Shown: positions 41,123-50,014 of the stretch, one piece after another
Layout: each line of letters begins with the position of its first letter
Numbering within the stretch: the first letter of the stretch is position 1
NCBI GenBank assembly: GCA_021736255.1
Contig: JAIPGG010000001.1
Location: 11,506-75,505 of the forward strand
From: Spirochaetales bacterium
Lineage (GTDB): Bacteria; Spirochaetota; Spirochaetia; JAIPGG01
Length of the DNA stretch: 64,000 nt
Reading direction: 5' to 3'
Notes under the pieces: model-generated
What the model was told of the DNA's origin: nothing
Database searches by the model: none
What the model saw: the letters and a program-made list of their open reading frames with translations, nothing else
Position numbers and translations under genes: made by a program

Positions 41123-42097
41123 ATGAGTGTCATGATGTATCGAGAGGCTTTACGCCTTGCTTTATATGAAGAGATGAAGCGGGATGACCGTGTGTTTCTG
41201 GCCGGAGAGGATGTTGGGTCATATGGTGGGGCTTATGCCGTTTCCCGCGGATTGATCCAGGAATTCGGGTCTGAACGGCTAGTGGGTACACCTATCAGTG
41301 AGGCTGCAATAATTGGAATGGGCATCGGAGCGGCAATGACCGGTTTAAGACCTGTCGTTGAACTGATGTATATCGATTTCGTCGGACTTGCAATGGATCA
41401 AATTGCCAATCAGGCGGCGAAATTCCGGTATATGAGCGGCGGTCAACTCAAGATCCCCATGGTTATGCGGATGCAGGGCGGGACCGGACGATCTGCCGGC
41501 GCACAACACTCACAGAGCCTCGAGGCATGGCTGGTTCATATCCCCGGGCTCAGGGTGGTAATGCCCGCTTCCGCCCGGGATGCCCGGGGGCTGCTCAAAA
41601 CGGCAATTCGCAGCGATGACCCGGTGGTTTTTATCGAGCACAAGGGCCTGTATGCCAAAAAAGAAGAGGTTCCCGAAGAGGAAGAGCTCGTGCCATTCGG
41701 AAAGGCCCGAATAGCCCGTTCGGGTTCGGATGTAACCCTCATCACCTATTCACGAATGGTGTATACTGCTCTTGAAGCGGCCGAAGAGGCGTCTGCGGGG
41801 GGAATCGACGTAGAGGTGATTGATCTCAGAACGCTCAACCCCCTCGATTATCATACGATCGAGAAATCGGTTCGAAAAACCGGGACGGTTGTTGTAGCAT
41901 ATGAGGCACATCGAAACGTCGGGATGGGAAGCGAAATCAGCGCCCGTATCGGGGAAGAACTCATGGATGTTTTGAAGCATCCGGTTGTTCGCATCGGTGG
42001 CAAGGATGTACCGATACCCGCTACGGTTCTCGAGAAGTATTCGATTCCCCAGAAGCAAGACCTTCTCGAAGGGATTGAACAGGCCGCAGGTCGTTAA
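41123..42097 (+). CDS. TPP-dependent dehydrogenase E1 beta
   Basis: GEDVG, TPISEA, GLRPVVELM, AQHSQSLE, DPVVFIEHK, IDLRTLNPLD. Confidence 0.92.
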   Translation: MSVMMYREALRLALYEEMKRDDRVFLAGEDVGSYGGAYAVSRGLIQEFGSERLVGTPISEAAIIGMGIGAAMTGLRPVVELMYIDFVGLAMDQIANQAAKFRYMSGGQLKIPMVMRMQGGTGRSAGAQHSQSLEAWLVHIPGLRVVMPASARDARGLLKTAIRSDDPVVFIEHKGLYAKKEEVPEEEELVPFGKARIARSGSDVTLITYSRMVYTALEAAEEASAGGIDVEVIDLRTLNPLDYHTIEKSVRKTGTVVVAYEAHRNVGMGSEISARIGEELMDVLKHPVVRIGGKDVPIPATVLEKYSIPQKQDLLEGIEQAAGR

Positions 42098-42141
42098 TCT
42101 CTGAAGCCGGGAAACCGGTACATGAAGAAAGGAGCTAGTGT

Positions 42142-42393
42142 ATGACGTATGAGGTAAAGATGCCCCAGTTAACAGAAACAATGGAGGCCGGTACAATCAT
42201 CGAGTGGAAGAAGGCCACTGGCGAGTACGTAGAAAAAGGGGAAAAACTTGTCGAGGTTGAAACAGACAAGATGACGTTTGAAGTCGAGGCATTGGACAGC
42301 GGATATCTCTGTGAGATATTCCATGAAGGAGATTCCGAGGTCCCTGTAGGAGAGTTGATCGCTAAACTCGCTGATTCGATGGACGAATGTTGA
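42142..42393 (+). CDS. Stand-alone lipoyl-domain protein
   Basis: MPQLTETMEAGTIIEW...EVETDKMTFEVEA...G (lipoyl-Lys in DK). 83 aa, AAGGAG SD, no E2 core. Confidence 0.88.
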   Translation: MTYEVKMPQLTETMEAGTIIEWKKATGEYVEKGEKLVEVETDKMTFEVEALDSGYLCEIFHEGDSEVPVGELIAKLADSMDEC

Positions 42394-42396
42394 ACG

Positions 42397-43005
42397 TTAT
42401 TTGTCCACAGCCTCGTTCTCTGAAGGAGGCTGTGGGGGAGTTATGGTGCGGCGTGAACGGGCGTAGGAAAGATCTTCCGTTTCCATCCCCCTTTTTTCCA
42501 GTTCATCGAGTATCAGCTCTGCCGTCCAGGAGGAGGCAAGACCGACTACGGAGGTGCAGCCGTCTGTATGAGCGCCTGCTTCTTCAAATGCCCGGCGTTC
42601 ATCGGTGTTCCAGATATCAAAACTCCGCCCGTAGAGCCGGCGGTGAATTTTGCCACAGAGGAGAGAACCGTATTTTTTCTGAAACCGTTCAGCCAACTGT
42701 TCGGCCATACGAAAAGATGCGTATTTCTCGTTTCGGTCTCCATCGAATCTCTCGCGGCTTCTACCGAAGAGGGTGCTCATGACCATTACACCCCCCGAGT
42801 AGCCGCCGCACGGGCCGAGTGTAGTCAGGCCTCCGCCGGTTGCGAGGCCGCTGCCGGCTTTGAATACATCGTCGTTTCGAATGTTTAGGGTATCCTGGAC
42901 AGCGGCGATGGTGCTTTGGGAACAGCCGCGGTAATCCCGTTCATAGGCGAATCCCAGGTCGTAGGCTTTTTGAATAAGTTCTTCCCTGTTTGCGATTGAC
43001 TGCAT
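42397..43005 (-). CDS. C_GCAxxG_C_C family putative redox-active protein
   Basis: GCSQ, PCGGYSGG, LLC, GCTSVV. Start supported by TTGACT-17-TACAAT-7 nt-ATG. Confidence 0.85.
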   Translation of the reverse strand: MQSIANREELIQKAYDLGFAYERDYRGCSQSTIAAVQDTLNIRNDDVFKAGSGLATGGGLTTLGPCGGYSGGVMVMSTLFGRSRERFDGDRNEKYASFRMAEQLAERFQKKYGSLLCGKIHRRLYGRSFDIWNTDERRAFEEAGAHTDGCTSVVGLASSWTAELILDELEKRGMETEDLSYARSRRTITPPQPPSENEAVDK

Positions 43006-43012
43006 ACCAAGG

Positions 43013-43041
43013 ATTGTAATCCTGCGCAAGCTCCCAGTCAA
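43013..43041 (-). promoter_or_regulatory. Near-consensus sigma70 promoter giving a probable leaderless transcript
   Basis: Minus strand TTGACT-17 bp-TACAAT, then ATG 7 nt downstream, no SD. Confidence 0.65.
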
Positions 43042-43094
43042 TTGACGAAGGAATTTGGCCGGGAGAACGGAAACGATAGATTAATACAAAGGAG

Positions 43095-44111
43095 ATGGCC
43101 ATGAAGAAGTTTTTGAACAAACCGGAAAACTTTGTCGATGAGTTTCTCGAAGGAATTCTCATAGCTCATCCGGACAAGCTCGAGCATGTACAGGATGATT
43201 TGAGATGCATCGTTACGAAGAACAAGCAGCCCGGAAGAGTAGCTATTGCTACAGGAGGCGGCTCGGGACATCTGCCGCTGTTTCTCGGATATGTTGGAGA
43301 CGGGGTGATCGACGGATGCTCGGTAGGAGGAGTTTTTCAATCGCCGAGTGCGGAACAGATGTACAACGTGACCAAGCACATCGACAACGGCGCTGGAGTG
43401 CTGTATCTGTACGGTAATTACGGCGGAGACATTATGAATTTCGACATGGCCGCGGAAATGGCGGACATGGATGATATTCGGGTGGAGTCCTTTATTGCCG
43501 CCGACGATGTAGCTTCAGCCCCGAAGGGTGAAGAAGGAAAACGGCGGGGTGTTGCAGGTATCTTTTTTCTCTACAAGGTGGCTGGAGCGAAGGCGGACAA
43601 GAAGGCGAGCCTGGACGAAGTAAAAGCGGTAGTTGAAAAGGCTGCCTCCGGTACCCGCACGATGGGAGTGGCATTGACTCCCTGTATTGTTCCTGAAGTG
43701 GGAAAACCTTCCTTTCAACTCGGCGAAAACGAGATGGAGATCGGAATGGGCATTCATGGTGAACCCGGAATTCGCCGGGGAGAGATTCGCCCGGCAGATG
43801 AAGTAGTTGATGAGATGATGGAGGCAATTGTCGCCGATCTACCTTACAAGTCCGGTGACGAGGTGTCGGTATTGATCAACGGCCTGGGTGCAACACCGAA
43901 AGAAGAACTGTATTTGGTAAACAGGCGGGTTGCTCAATTTCTGAAAGAAAAAGAAATGACGGTCTATCGGACATTTGTGGACGAGTTCGCCGCCTCGCTG
44001 GAGATGGCCGGGTTCTCAATATCACTGATGAAGATGGACGGGGAGCTCAAAGAACTGATTGACGCTCCTGCAAATACGCCCTTCTATGCTCAGCATTCGT
44101 GCAATAACTGA
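43095..44111 (+). CDS. dhaK: Dihydroxyacetone kinase family, DhaK subunit
   Basis: GGGSGH, NYGGD, DDVAS, RRGVAG, GMGIHGEPG, NGLGATP. Confidence 0.9.
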   Translation: MAMKKFLNKPENFVDEFLEGILIAHPDKLEHVQDDLRCIVTKNKQPGRVAIATGGGSGHLPLFLGYVGDGVIDGCSVGGVFQSPSAEQMYNVTKHIDNGAGVLYLYGNYGGDIMNFDMAAEMADMDDIRVESFIAADDVASAPKGEEGKRRGVAGIFFLYKVAGAKADKKASLDEVKAVVEKAASGTRTMGVALTPCIVPEVGKPSFQLGENEMEIGMGIHGEPGIRRGEIRPADEVVDEMMEAIVADLPYKSGDEVSVLINGLGATPKEELYLVNRRVAQFLKEKEMTVYRTFVDEFAASLEMAGFSISLMKMDGELKELIDAPANTPFYAQHSCNN

Positions 44112-44127
44112 ACCGAACTGGAGGTGA

Positions 44128-44754
44128 ATGTATATGGACAGTGGACGAGCACAGAAGATCATTGAACGTATACGGCAAATCATGGCGGAACAAAAAGACT
44201 ATCTAATAGAGATAGACGGCCGAATGGGTGACGGCGATCTCGGCCTAACAATGGAAAAGGCCTTTACCGCTGCAGCGGACGAAATAAAAGACAAAGACAT
44301 TGAGGATGCCGGGAAACTGTTTATGAAAGCAGGAATGGTAATGGCCAAGGCTGCACCATCGACGATGGGAACCCTTGTGGCAACCGGCTTCATGCGCGGC
44401 GGAAAGGGGATGAGTGGAGAAACCGAAGCAGGAGAGCTCTCTACATTTTTTACATCATTTGTTGAGGGGCTGATGGAACGGGGAAAATCGAAACCCGGAG
44501 AAAAGACGATCATCGATGCTCTTCATCCTGCAGCACAAGCACTTGAAAAGGCTGCTGGTGAGGGAATAGGAGCTGTAGAAGCTTTGGAAGCTGCACTGTC
44601 GGCAGGCCGGAAAGGTTTGGAAGCAACGAAAGATATGGTAGCCCAGCATGGCCGAGTTGCCTATTATCAGGATCAGTCAAAAGGAATGGAAGATCCGGGG
44701 GCGACCGCCGGAGTGTTTATCCTCCGCGGCTTCCTCGATGTTTTCAAGGAGTAG
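44128..44754 (+). CDS. dhaL: Dihydroxyacetone kinase family, DhaL subunit
   Basis: DGRMGDGDLG, RGKSKPGEKTIIDAL, GR, DPGA. Confidence 0.9.
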   Translation: MYMDSGRAQKIIERIRQIMAEQKDYLIEIDGRMGDGDLGLTMEKAFTAAADEIKDKDIEDAGKLFMKAGMVMAKAAPSTMGTLVATGFMRGGKGMSGETEAGELSTFFTSFVEGLMERGKSKPGEKTIIDALHPAAQALEKAAGEGIGAVEALEAALSAGRKGLEATKDMVAQHGRVAYYQDQSKGMEDPGATAGVFILRGFLDVFKE

Positions 44755-44844
44755 AGGCCGTATGCAGATTATTTTAATCTGAATCAAACAAGCAATTGTG
44801 CCTGAAATTGCAGGGACAAAAAGGCCGGAGTAGACAAGGAGGCG

Positions 44845-45930
44845 ATGATGAGGTACCGCAAGCTTGGTAACAGTGGGCTAATCGTGAGTGCTTTTGCTCT
44901 CGGAACTATGCAGTTCGGAGAGAAAATGAATATGGGAGCACTCGGACAAAAAGAGACGAATAACATGGTATCAGCTGCAATCGACAGGGGAATCAACTTT
45001 ATCGATACGGCTGATGTCTACAGTCTCGGTGAGAGCGAAACACTTTTAGGGAATGCTCTCAAGGGAAAAAGGGAGGATATTGTACTTGCCTCCAAGGTTC
45101 GCCTTCCGATGAGCGACAATTTTAATCGGAGCGGCGCTACTCGCGTGAACATCATGCGGGGAATCGAAAGCAGCCTGAAACGTCTGCAAACTGACTACCT
45201 GGATCTGTATCAGCTGCATGGCTGGGACAGCAATACACCTTTGGAGGAAACCCTGCGGACTCTCGATGACCTTGTCCGCCAGGGTAAGGTCCGATATGTC
45301 GGCCTGAGCAACTATACCTCATGGCAGGCGGCTACTGCCATCGGTTTGCAAAAACAAGAAAATCTCGAGCGGTTTGTAACTGCACAGCTTCATTACAGCC
45401 TGGTCGATCGGGGTATAGAGCACGAGTGGCAGAGTTTTGCTGAATATTCAGGCCTGGGCATTCTGGTGTGGAGCCCGTTAGCCGGTGGATTTTTGTCCGG
45501 AAAGTACGACCGCGGCAATCCGCCTCCGGAGGGAACTCGTTTTCGCGAGGCCGGACAGTTTGTTCCATTTGACCGGGAACGGGGATTCAAGGTGGTGGAT
45601 GTTCTCAAGGAGGTTGCCTCGAAATACGGGGTGAGTCCTGCTCGCGTGGCTTTGAAATGGACTATGATTCAGCCGGGGATAAGCAGTGTGATCGTTGCGG
45701 CCAGGAAGCTCGAACATCTGGATGACAATATAGCGGCCCTCGATCTGGAGCTGGAGGAAAAAGACATAGCGAAGATAGATAAGGTTTCTCATCCGGGATT
45801 TCCCTACCCGAAGTGGATGGTGCTGCAGCTCGATGTTGCAGAAGATCCCAGACCGAAAATTCTCTATCCGGAAAGGTATGAATCCGGAGGAATGTGGAAT
45901 GATTTACGGGGAACCCAGTGGGAAGGATGA
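44845..45930 (+). CDS. Aldo/keto reductase
   Basis: LGTMQFG, DTADVYS, SLKRLQTDYLDLYQLH, GKVRYVGLSN, WSPLAGG. Confidence 0.93.
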   Translation: MMRYRKLGNSGLIVSAFALGTMQFGEKMNMGALGQKETNNMVSAAIDRGINFIDTADVYSLGESETLLGNALKGKREDIVLASKVRLPMSDNFNRSGATRVNIMRGIESSLKRLQTDYLDLYQLHGWDSNTPLEETLRTLDDLVRQGKVRYVGLSNYTSWQAATAIGLQKQENLERFVTAQLHYSLVDRGIEHEWQSFAEYSGLGILVWSPLAGGFLSGKYDRGNPPPEGTRFREAGQFVPFDRERGFKVVDVLKEVASKYGVSPARVALKWTMIQPGISSVIVAARKLEHLDDNIAALDLELEEKDIAKIDKVSHPGFPYPKWMVLQLDVAEDPRPKILYPERYESGGMWNDLRGTQWEG

Positions 45931-45995
45931 TTCAGCTGCCTTTTCGGTACATTTTTCAATTACAACTTCTATAGAACAATAGGAATATCTACCCC

Positions 45996-46028
45996 AAAAA
46001 AAGGCCGCTCAGATTGAGCGTCCTTTTT
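45996..46028. terminator. Bidirectional intrinsic terminator between the convergent AKR gene and opuA operon
   Basis: AAAAAAAGGCCGCTC-AGATT-GAGCGTCCTTTTT. Confidence 0.75.
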
Positions 46029-46065
46029 GTTTCAAGAACTGTTCAGATTACTTCTGAAGCTGTCC

Positions 46066-46959
46066 TTACGGAAGCCAGTCTTCTACAACACTCTGGTTGT
46101 CATTGACCCACTTCTCTGCATTTTCATAGGGATCTGCGCCTTCTTCTTCATTCATGACCATGAGTTCACCGATTTCAGCATCGGTCATCTCGAAGTTGTC
46201 CAGAATGGCATAGGCTTCGGGCATATCCTCTTTCAGGCCCTGACGGACGATGGTCTTAATGACTTCAGCTTCGCCGAAGTACTTTACCCGGTCTCCGCCG
46301 CCTTCGAGGTATTTCAGATCCCAGCGACCGAACATCCAGTGAGGACTCCATCCGGGGACGGCGATCCACTCTTCGTTCTTGATAGCGGTTCCGAGAGCCG
46401 CGGTCATGGCGGCACTGCTTGAAGCCTTCAGCTCGATAGTGCCTTCCCAGCCCTTGTCTGCAATCAGGTCTTCTGTCTGCTGCATAACGCCGGCGCCTGC
46501 ATCGATACCAACAATCTCGTTGTCGAACTTGTCGGCATATTTTGCAAGATCATCAAGGGTTTCAGCTTCTACATAGGTAGGTACGACGATACCGCTCTTG
46601 GTTCCTTCGTACCAGGGGCCGAGATCTACAATGTCGCCCTTGTTCTTGGCAAAGTAGTCCTTATGGAGAGTAGGCAGCCAGGCTGCGAGGGTTACTTCCG
46701 AATCACCGGTGGCAAGGGCCTGCCAGATAGGTCCAATATCGACCATCTTGACGCTGGCGTTATAACCCTGCTGGTCGAGGACGTAATCCATCAGATGAGT
46801 AGCAGCTTCGCTGGCGGACCAGCCTGATACTGCGAGCAGTTCGATGTTTCCTTTCTCTTCAGCCTGTGCTGCTCCTTCCTGCTGTCCCTCTGCGAAGACC
46901 ATGCCGCTTGTTGCGACGAGCATTACAATAATCAATACACTAAGTAGTTTACGATTCAC
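46066..46959 (-). CDS. Glycine betaine ABC transporter substrate-binding protein (OpuAC/ProX)
   Basis: AWLPTLH, GIVVPTY, GIDAGAG, GWSPHWMF; signal peptide. Confidence 0.9.
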   Translation of the reverse strand: MNRKLLSVLIIVMLVATSGMVFAEGQQEGAAQAEEKGNIELLAVSGWSASEAATHLMDYVLDQQGYNASVKMVDIGPIWQALATGDSEVTLAAWLPTLHKDYFAKNKGDIVDLGPWYEGTKSGIVVPTYVEAETLDDLAKYADKFDNEIVGIDAGAGVMQQTEDLIADKGWEGTIELKASSSAAMTAALGTAIKNEEWIAVPGWSPHWMFGRWDLKYLEGGGDRVKYFGEAEVIKTIVRQGLKEDMPEAYAILDNFEMTDAEIGELMVMNEEEGADPYENAEKWVNDNQSVVEDWLP

Positions 46960-47026
46960 GTTTACCTCCTTGCATGAATCACTTGTCTATAATTAACGGG
47001 ATGAATCACCCCGCTATCTCCATTAT

Positions 47027-47899
47027 TTATTCAGTTTCTGCCGGGCTTTTTCGTCTTCTCCCGGCTACGTTCTGCGTAATTCGGTCAAGAAGCATTGCGA
47101 CTATTACAACGCCGAGTCCGGCCTCGAAGGCCTCTCCCGGTCTGAAGCGCGTCAATGCCGCCAGCACCTTTCCACCAAGTCCGCCTGCTCCGATCATTGC
47201 TGCAATAACGACCATGGAGAGGGCCAGCATGATGGTCTGGTTGATTCCCGCCATAATGGTGGGTTTGGCCAGAGGAAGCTGCACCTTCAAAAGTTTCTGT
47301 GCAGGGGTTGTTCCAAAGGATTCGGATGCCTCGATCAGTTCCTTGTCGATCTGCCGGATGCCGAGGTTGGTTAACCGGATAGCCGGCGGTACGGCGAAGA
47401 TCATGGTTGCAAAGGCTGCAGCTACTGTTCCCAGACCGAAGAACGGGATCATCGGTATAAGATAAACAAACGGAGGCATCGTCTGCATAAAGTCGAGTAT
47501 CGGTGTGATCACCTTATTGACTCGATCGTCCAATGCCGCCCAGATGCCGAGGGGAATGCCGACAATCAGCGCAAGAATGGTGGAAAGCAGGACCAGTACG
47601 ATTGTGTATATCGTAGCGTCCCACAGCTGCAGGTTCCAGGTGACCAAAAGCCCGATCAGGGCAAATATTCCCAGATTCCTGCCGATGAACTTCCATACAA
47701 CAAAGGTTATCACGGCGATTACAACAAGCGTGGGTACCGCTATGATCCCCTCTCCGAGTCCTTCTACACCGGTTTCGATAAAATTGGAAGCTATTTTGGT
47801 TACACCTGCAAGAGCTTCCGTCAGGAAATCGAGTATAGCGAGGGTAATCTTGTCCAACGGGAATTTGGGTAGTTCGAAATTGAATATATTACTCATCAT
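47027..47899 (-). CDS. Glycine betaine/proline ABC transporter permease (OpuAB/ProW)
   Basis: PILDFMQTMPPFVYLIP, IRLTNLGIRQ, EASESFG, GINQTIMLALSMVV. Confidence 0.93.
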   Translation of the reverse strand: MMSNIFNFELPKFPLDKITLAILDFLTEALAGVTKIASNFIETGVEGLGEGIIAVPTLVVIAVITFVVWKFIGRNLGIFALIGLLVTWNLQLWDATIYTIVLVLLSTILALIVGIPLGIWAALDDRVNKVITPILDFMQTMPPFVYLIPMIPFFGLGTVAAAFATMIFAVPPAIRLTNLGIRQIDKELIEASESFGTTPAQKLLKVQLPLAKPTIMAGINQTIMLALSMVVIAAMIGAGGLGGKVLAALTRFRPGEAFEAGLGVVIVAMLLDRITQNVAGRRRKSPAETE

Positions 47900-49097
47900 A
47901 CATTTGTTCTCCCTGTTCTGCGAGGGCGGCAAGAACCGAACCGCGGTATATTACCCCTTTGAGGTTGCGTTTCTCGTCGACCACAGCTATCGGGTCCCGG
48001 CTGTCTGCAACCATGGGGAATATCTGCTTCAGCGGCTCATCCGGGGGTACCGTCGGAACCTCTTGTGTGCAGATATGATCAATCCACGCATCTTCATTTT
48101 TAACGCCCTGGACTGCTGCTTCGGCGGAGAGGTATCCAACGAGTTCCCGGTTCTGCTTGACGACCATGACACCTGCCAGCCCGAACTCCTTAATGACATG
48201 AAGCGCCGTTCGCGGGCCGTCTTTGAGGGTTACCACATGCTGGTGTTTGAGCATAACGTCTTCAGCCGAAAGAACCTTGGTGATATCCACGTTTTCAACG
48301 AACTTTTCAACGTAGCGGGTTGCCGGGTCGGTAAGAATTTCATCCGGTGTTCCGATCTGTACGACCTTGCCGTCTTTCATCAGGACGATTCGATCACCCA
48401 TCTTGAGTGCTTCGTCGAGGTCGTGCGTGATAAAAACAATGGTCTTTTGAACCTGGCTCTCCAGTTTTAAGAGCTCATCCTGCATATCGCTTCGAATCAG
48501 GGGGTCGAGTGCACTAAAAGCCTCGTCCATCAGCAGGATGGCGGGATCGACCGTCAAGGCTCGGGCCAGTCCTACTCGCTGCTTCATTCCTCCGCTGAGT
48601 TTTTCCGGCAGATAATCTCCCCAACCACCGAGACCCACGAGTTCGAGCGATTCCTGGGCCTTATTTCGCCGTGTTTCCTCGTCGACTTCCTGGATCTCCA
48701 GGCCGAACTCAACGTTTTCGAGTACGGTTCGATGAGGAAAAAGGGCAAAACTCTGAAACACCATTCCGAATTGTTTCCGGCGGAACATGCGAAGCTCATC
48801 ATCGTCAAGAGTGGTTACATCCGTTCCGTCTACAATAACTGTGCCGTAGGTGGGTTCGATCAAGCGGTTCAGCATCCGGATGAGTGTCGATTTTCCACTT
48901 CCGGACAAACCCATGACTACGAGGGTTTCGCCCTCGTACACATTAAACGAGGTATCCTGAACTCCAACGGCCTGTCCCGTTTTGTTGAGGATTTCCTCCT
49001 TCGATACACCCTGTGACAGAAGTTTTTTCGCTTGTGCCGGGTGTTTTCCGAAAATTTTATACAGATCCTTGATCTGTATCATTACCTTCTTGTCCAT
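47889..49097 (-). CDS. Glycine betaine/proline ABC transporter ATP-binding protein with CBS pair (OpuAA/ProV)
   Basis: GLSGSGKST, LSGGMKQRVGLARAL, MDEAFSALDPLIR, C-terminal CBS domains. Confidence 0.94.
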   Translation of the reverse strand: MDKKVMIQIKDLYKIFGKHPAQAKKLLSQGVSKEEILNKTGQAVGVQDTSFNVYEGETLVVMGLSGSGKSTLIRMLNRLIEPTYGTVIVDGTDVTTLDDDELRMFRRKQFGMVFQSFALFPHRTVLENVEFGLEIQEVDEETRRNKAQESLELVGLGGWGDYLPEKLSGGMKQRVGLARALTVDPAILLMDEAFSALDPLIRSDMQDELLKLESQVQKTIVFITHDLDEALKMGDRIVLMKDGKVVQIGTPDEILTDPATRYVEKFVENVDITKVLSAEDVMLKHQHVVTLKDGPRTALHVIKEFGLAGVMVVKQNRELVGYLSAEAAVQGVKNEDAWIDHICTQEVPTVPPDEPLKQIFPMVADSRDPIAVVDEKRNLKGVIYRGSVLAALAEQGEQMYDE

Positions 49098-49363
49098 TTG
49101 TGTTCCTGCAGATAAAATTGTTTGTTAATCAATAGATGTTTTTAACATGTTTCCAAATATAGGTAGCATGCTAAACAATTTAAATTGTGAATATTGCTGC
49201 ACAAGCGCAGCAAATCCTTGCAAAATCATTACTTAAAGAATAATACAGAGATTACATGAAAAAGTCAAGAAGGCATGATGAAAAAATGATTAGTAAACAA
49301 AATATTTGTGCACGACGGGAAAACGCTTGTGCACAACGGGTTTTTTCTGTATATTATACTTCC

Positions 49364-49861
49364 ATGGAACAGAGTCTAATAAACCAACAAGTCATCGTTG
49401 CCCTTCGCCAGATTACCAGAGCGATAGATCTTCATTCGAAACAGCTTCAGAAGGAATACGGACTTACTGTTCCTCAGTTGATTTCTCTCAAGCGTATTCA
49501 GACTGAAGAACCGATTTCAGTAGGGCGGTTGGCAGGACAGATCAGTTTGAGTCATGCTACCGTTACGCGGATACTCGATCGCCTCGAATTGAAGGGGCTT
49601 GTAGAACGCTGCCGGGACACGATCGACAAAAGAAAGATTTCCGTACGGGTTACCGATGCCGGAAAAGAGCTCCTGGATCAGAACCCGACCCTCATGCAGG
49701 AGGTGTTTCTGCGCCGTTTTTCAAACCTAGAAGACTGGGAAAAAACGCTCATCCTCTCCTCCATTCAGCGCCTCGCCTCCATGATGGATGTCGAGGACAA
49801 TGATACCCACCCGATTCTCTCGACGGAACCGCTTCACGAACAAAGGCACGACGGGAAATAG
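49364..49861 (+). CDS. MarR-family regulator, CosR/EctR-like
   Basis: LRQITRAIDLHSKQL...GLTVPQL...ATVTRILDRLE...DKR...WEKTLILSSIQRLASMM. Divergent from the betaine importer. Confidence 0.85.
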   Translation: MEQSLINQQVIVALRQITRAIDLHSKQLQKEYGLTVPQLISLKRIQTEEPISVGRLAGQISLSHATVTRILDRLELKGLVERCRDTIDKRKISVRVTDAGKELLDQNPTLMQEVFLRRFSNLEDWEKTLILSSIQRLASMMDVEDNDTHPILSTEPLHEQRHDGK

Positions 49862-49940
49862 AGCCGTGTAAGCTGATCCCTCGTTGTTTTCGTTTCCAGT
49901 TGTTCGGCAGGCGGAAGTGCAGGAAAAAAGGAAAAAGGTT

Positions 49941-50014
49941 TGGAGAATACCGGATTCGAACCGGTGACCTGTTGATTGCGAACCAACCGCTCTAGCCGAC
50001 TGAGCTAATTCCCC
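49941..50014 (-). tRNA. tRNA-Ala(CGC)
   Basis: Reverse complement GGGGAATTAGCTCAG...GTTGG-TT-CGC-AA-TCAAC...GGTTCGAATCC...ATTCTCCA. G3:U70 pair present. Confidence 0.95.

Noticed and set aside
40101..42393. Standard pdhABC pyruvate dehydrogenase operon
   Set aside because: No E2 catalytic domain or E3, a non-PDH active-site loop, and a sugar-uptake context.
28185..50014. Genomic island bounded by tRNA-Ser and tRNA-Ala
   Set aside because: No integrase or transposase, and I saw no duplicated tRNA 3' end (att site). Sugar-related genes lie on both sides of tRNA-Ser.
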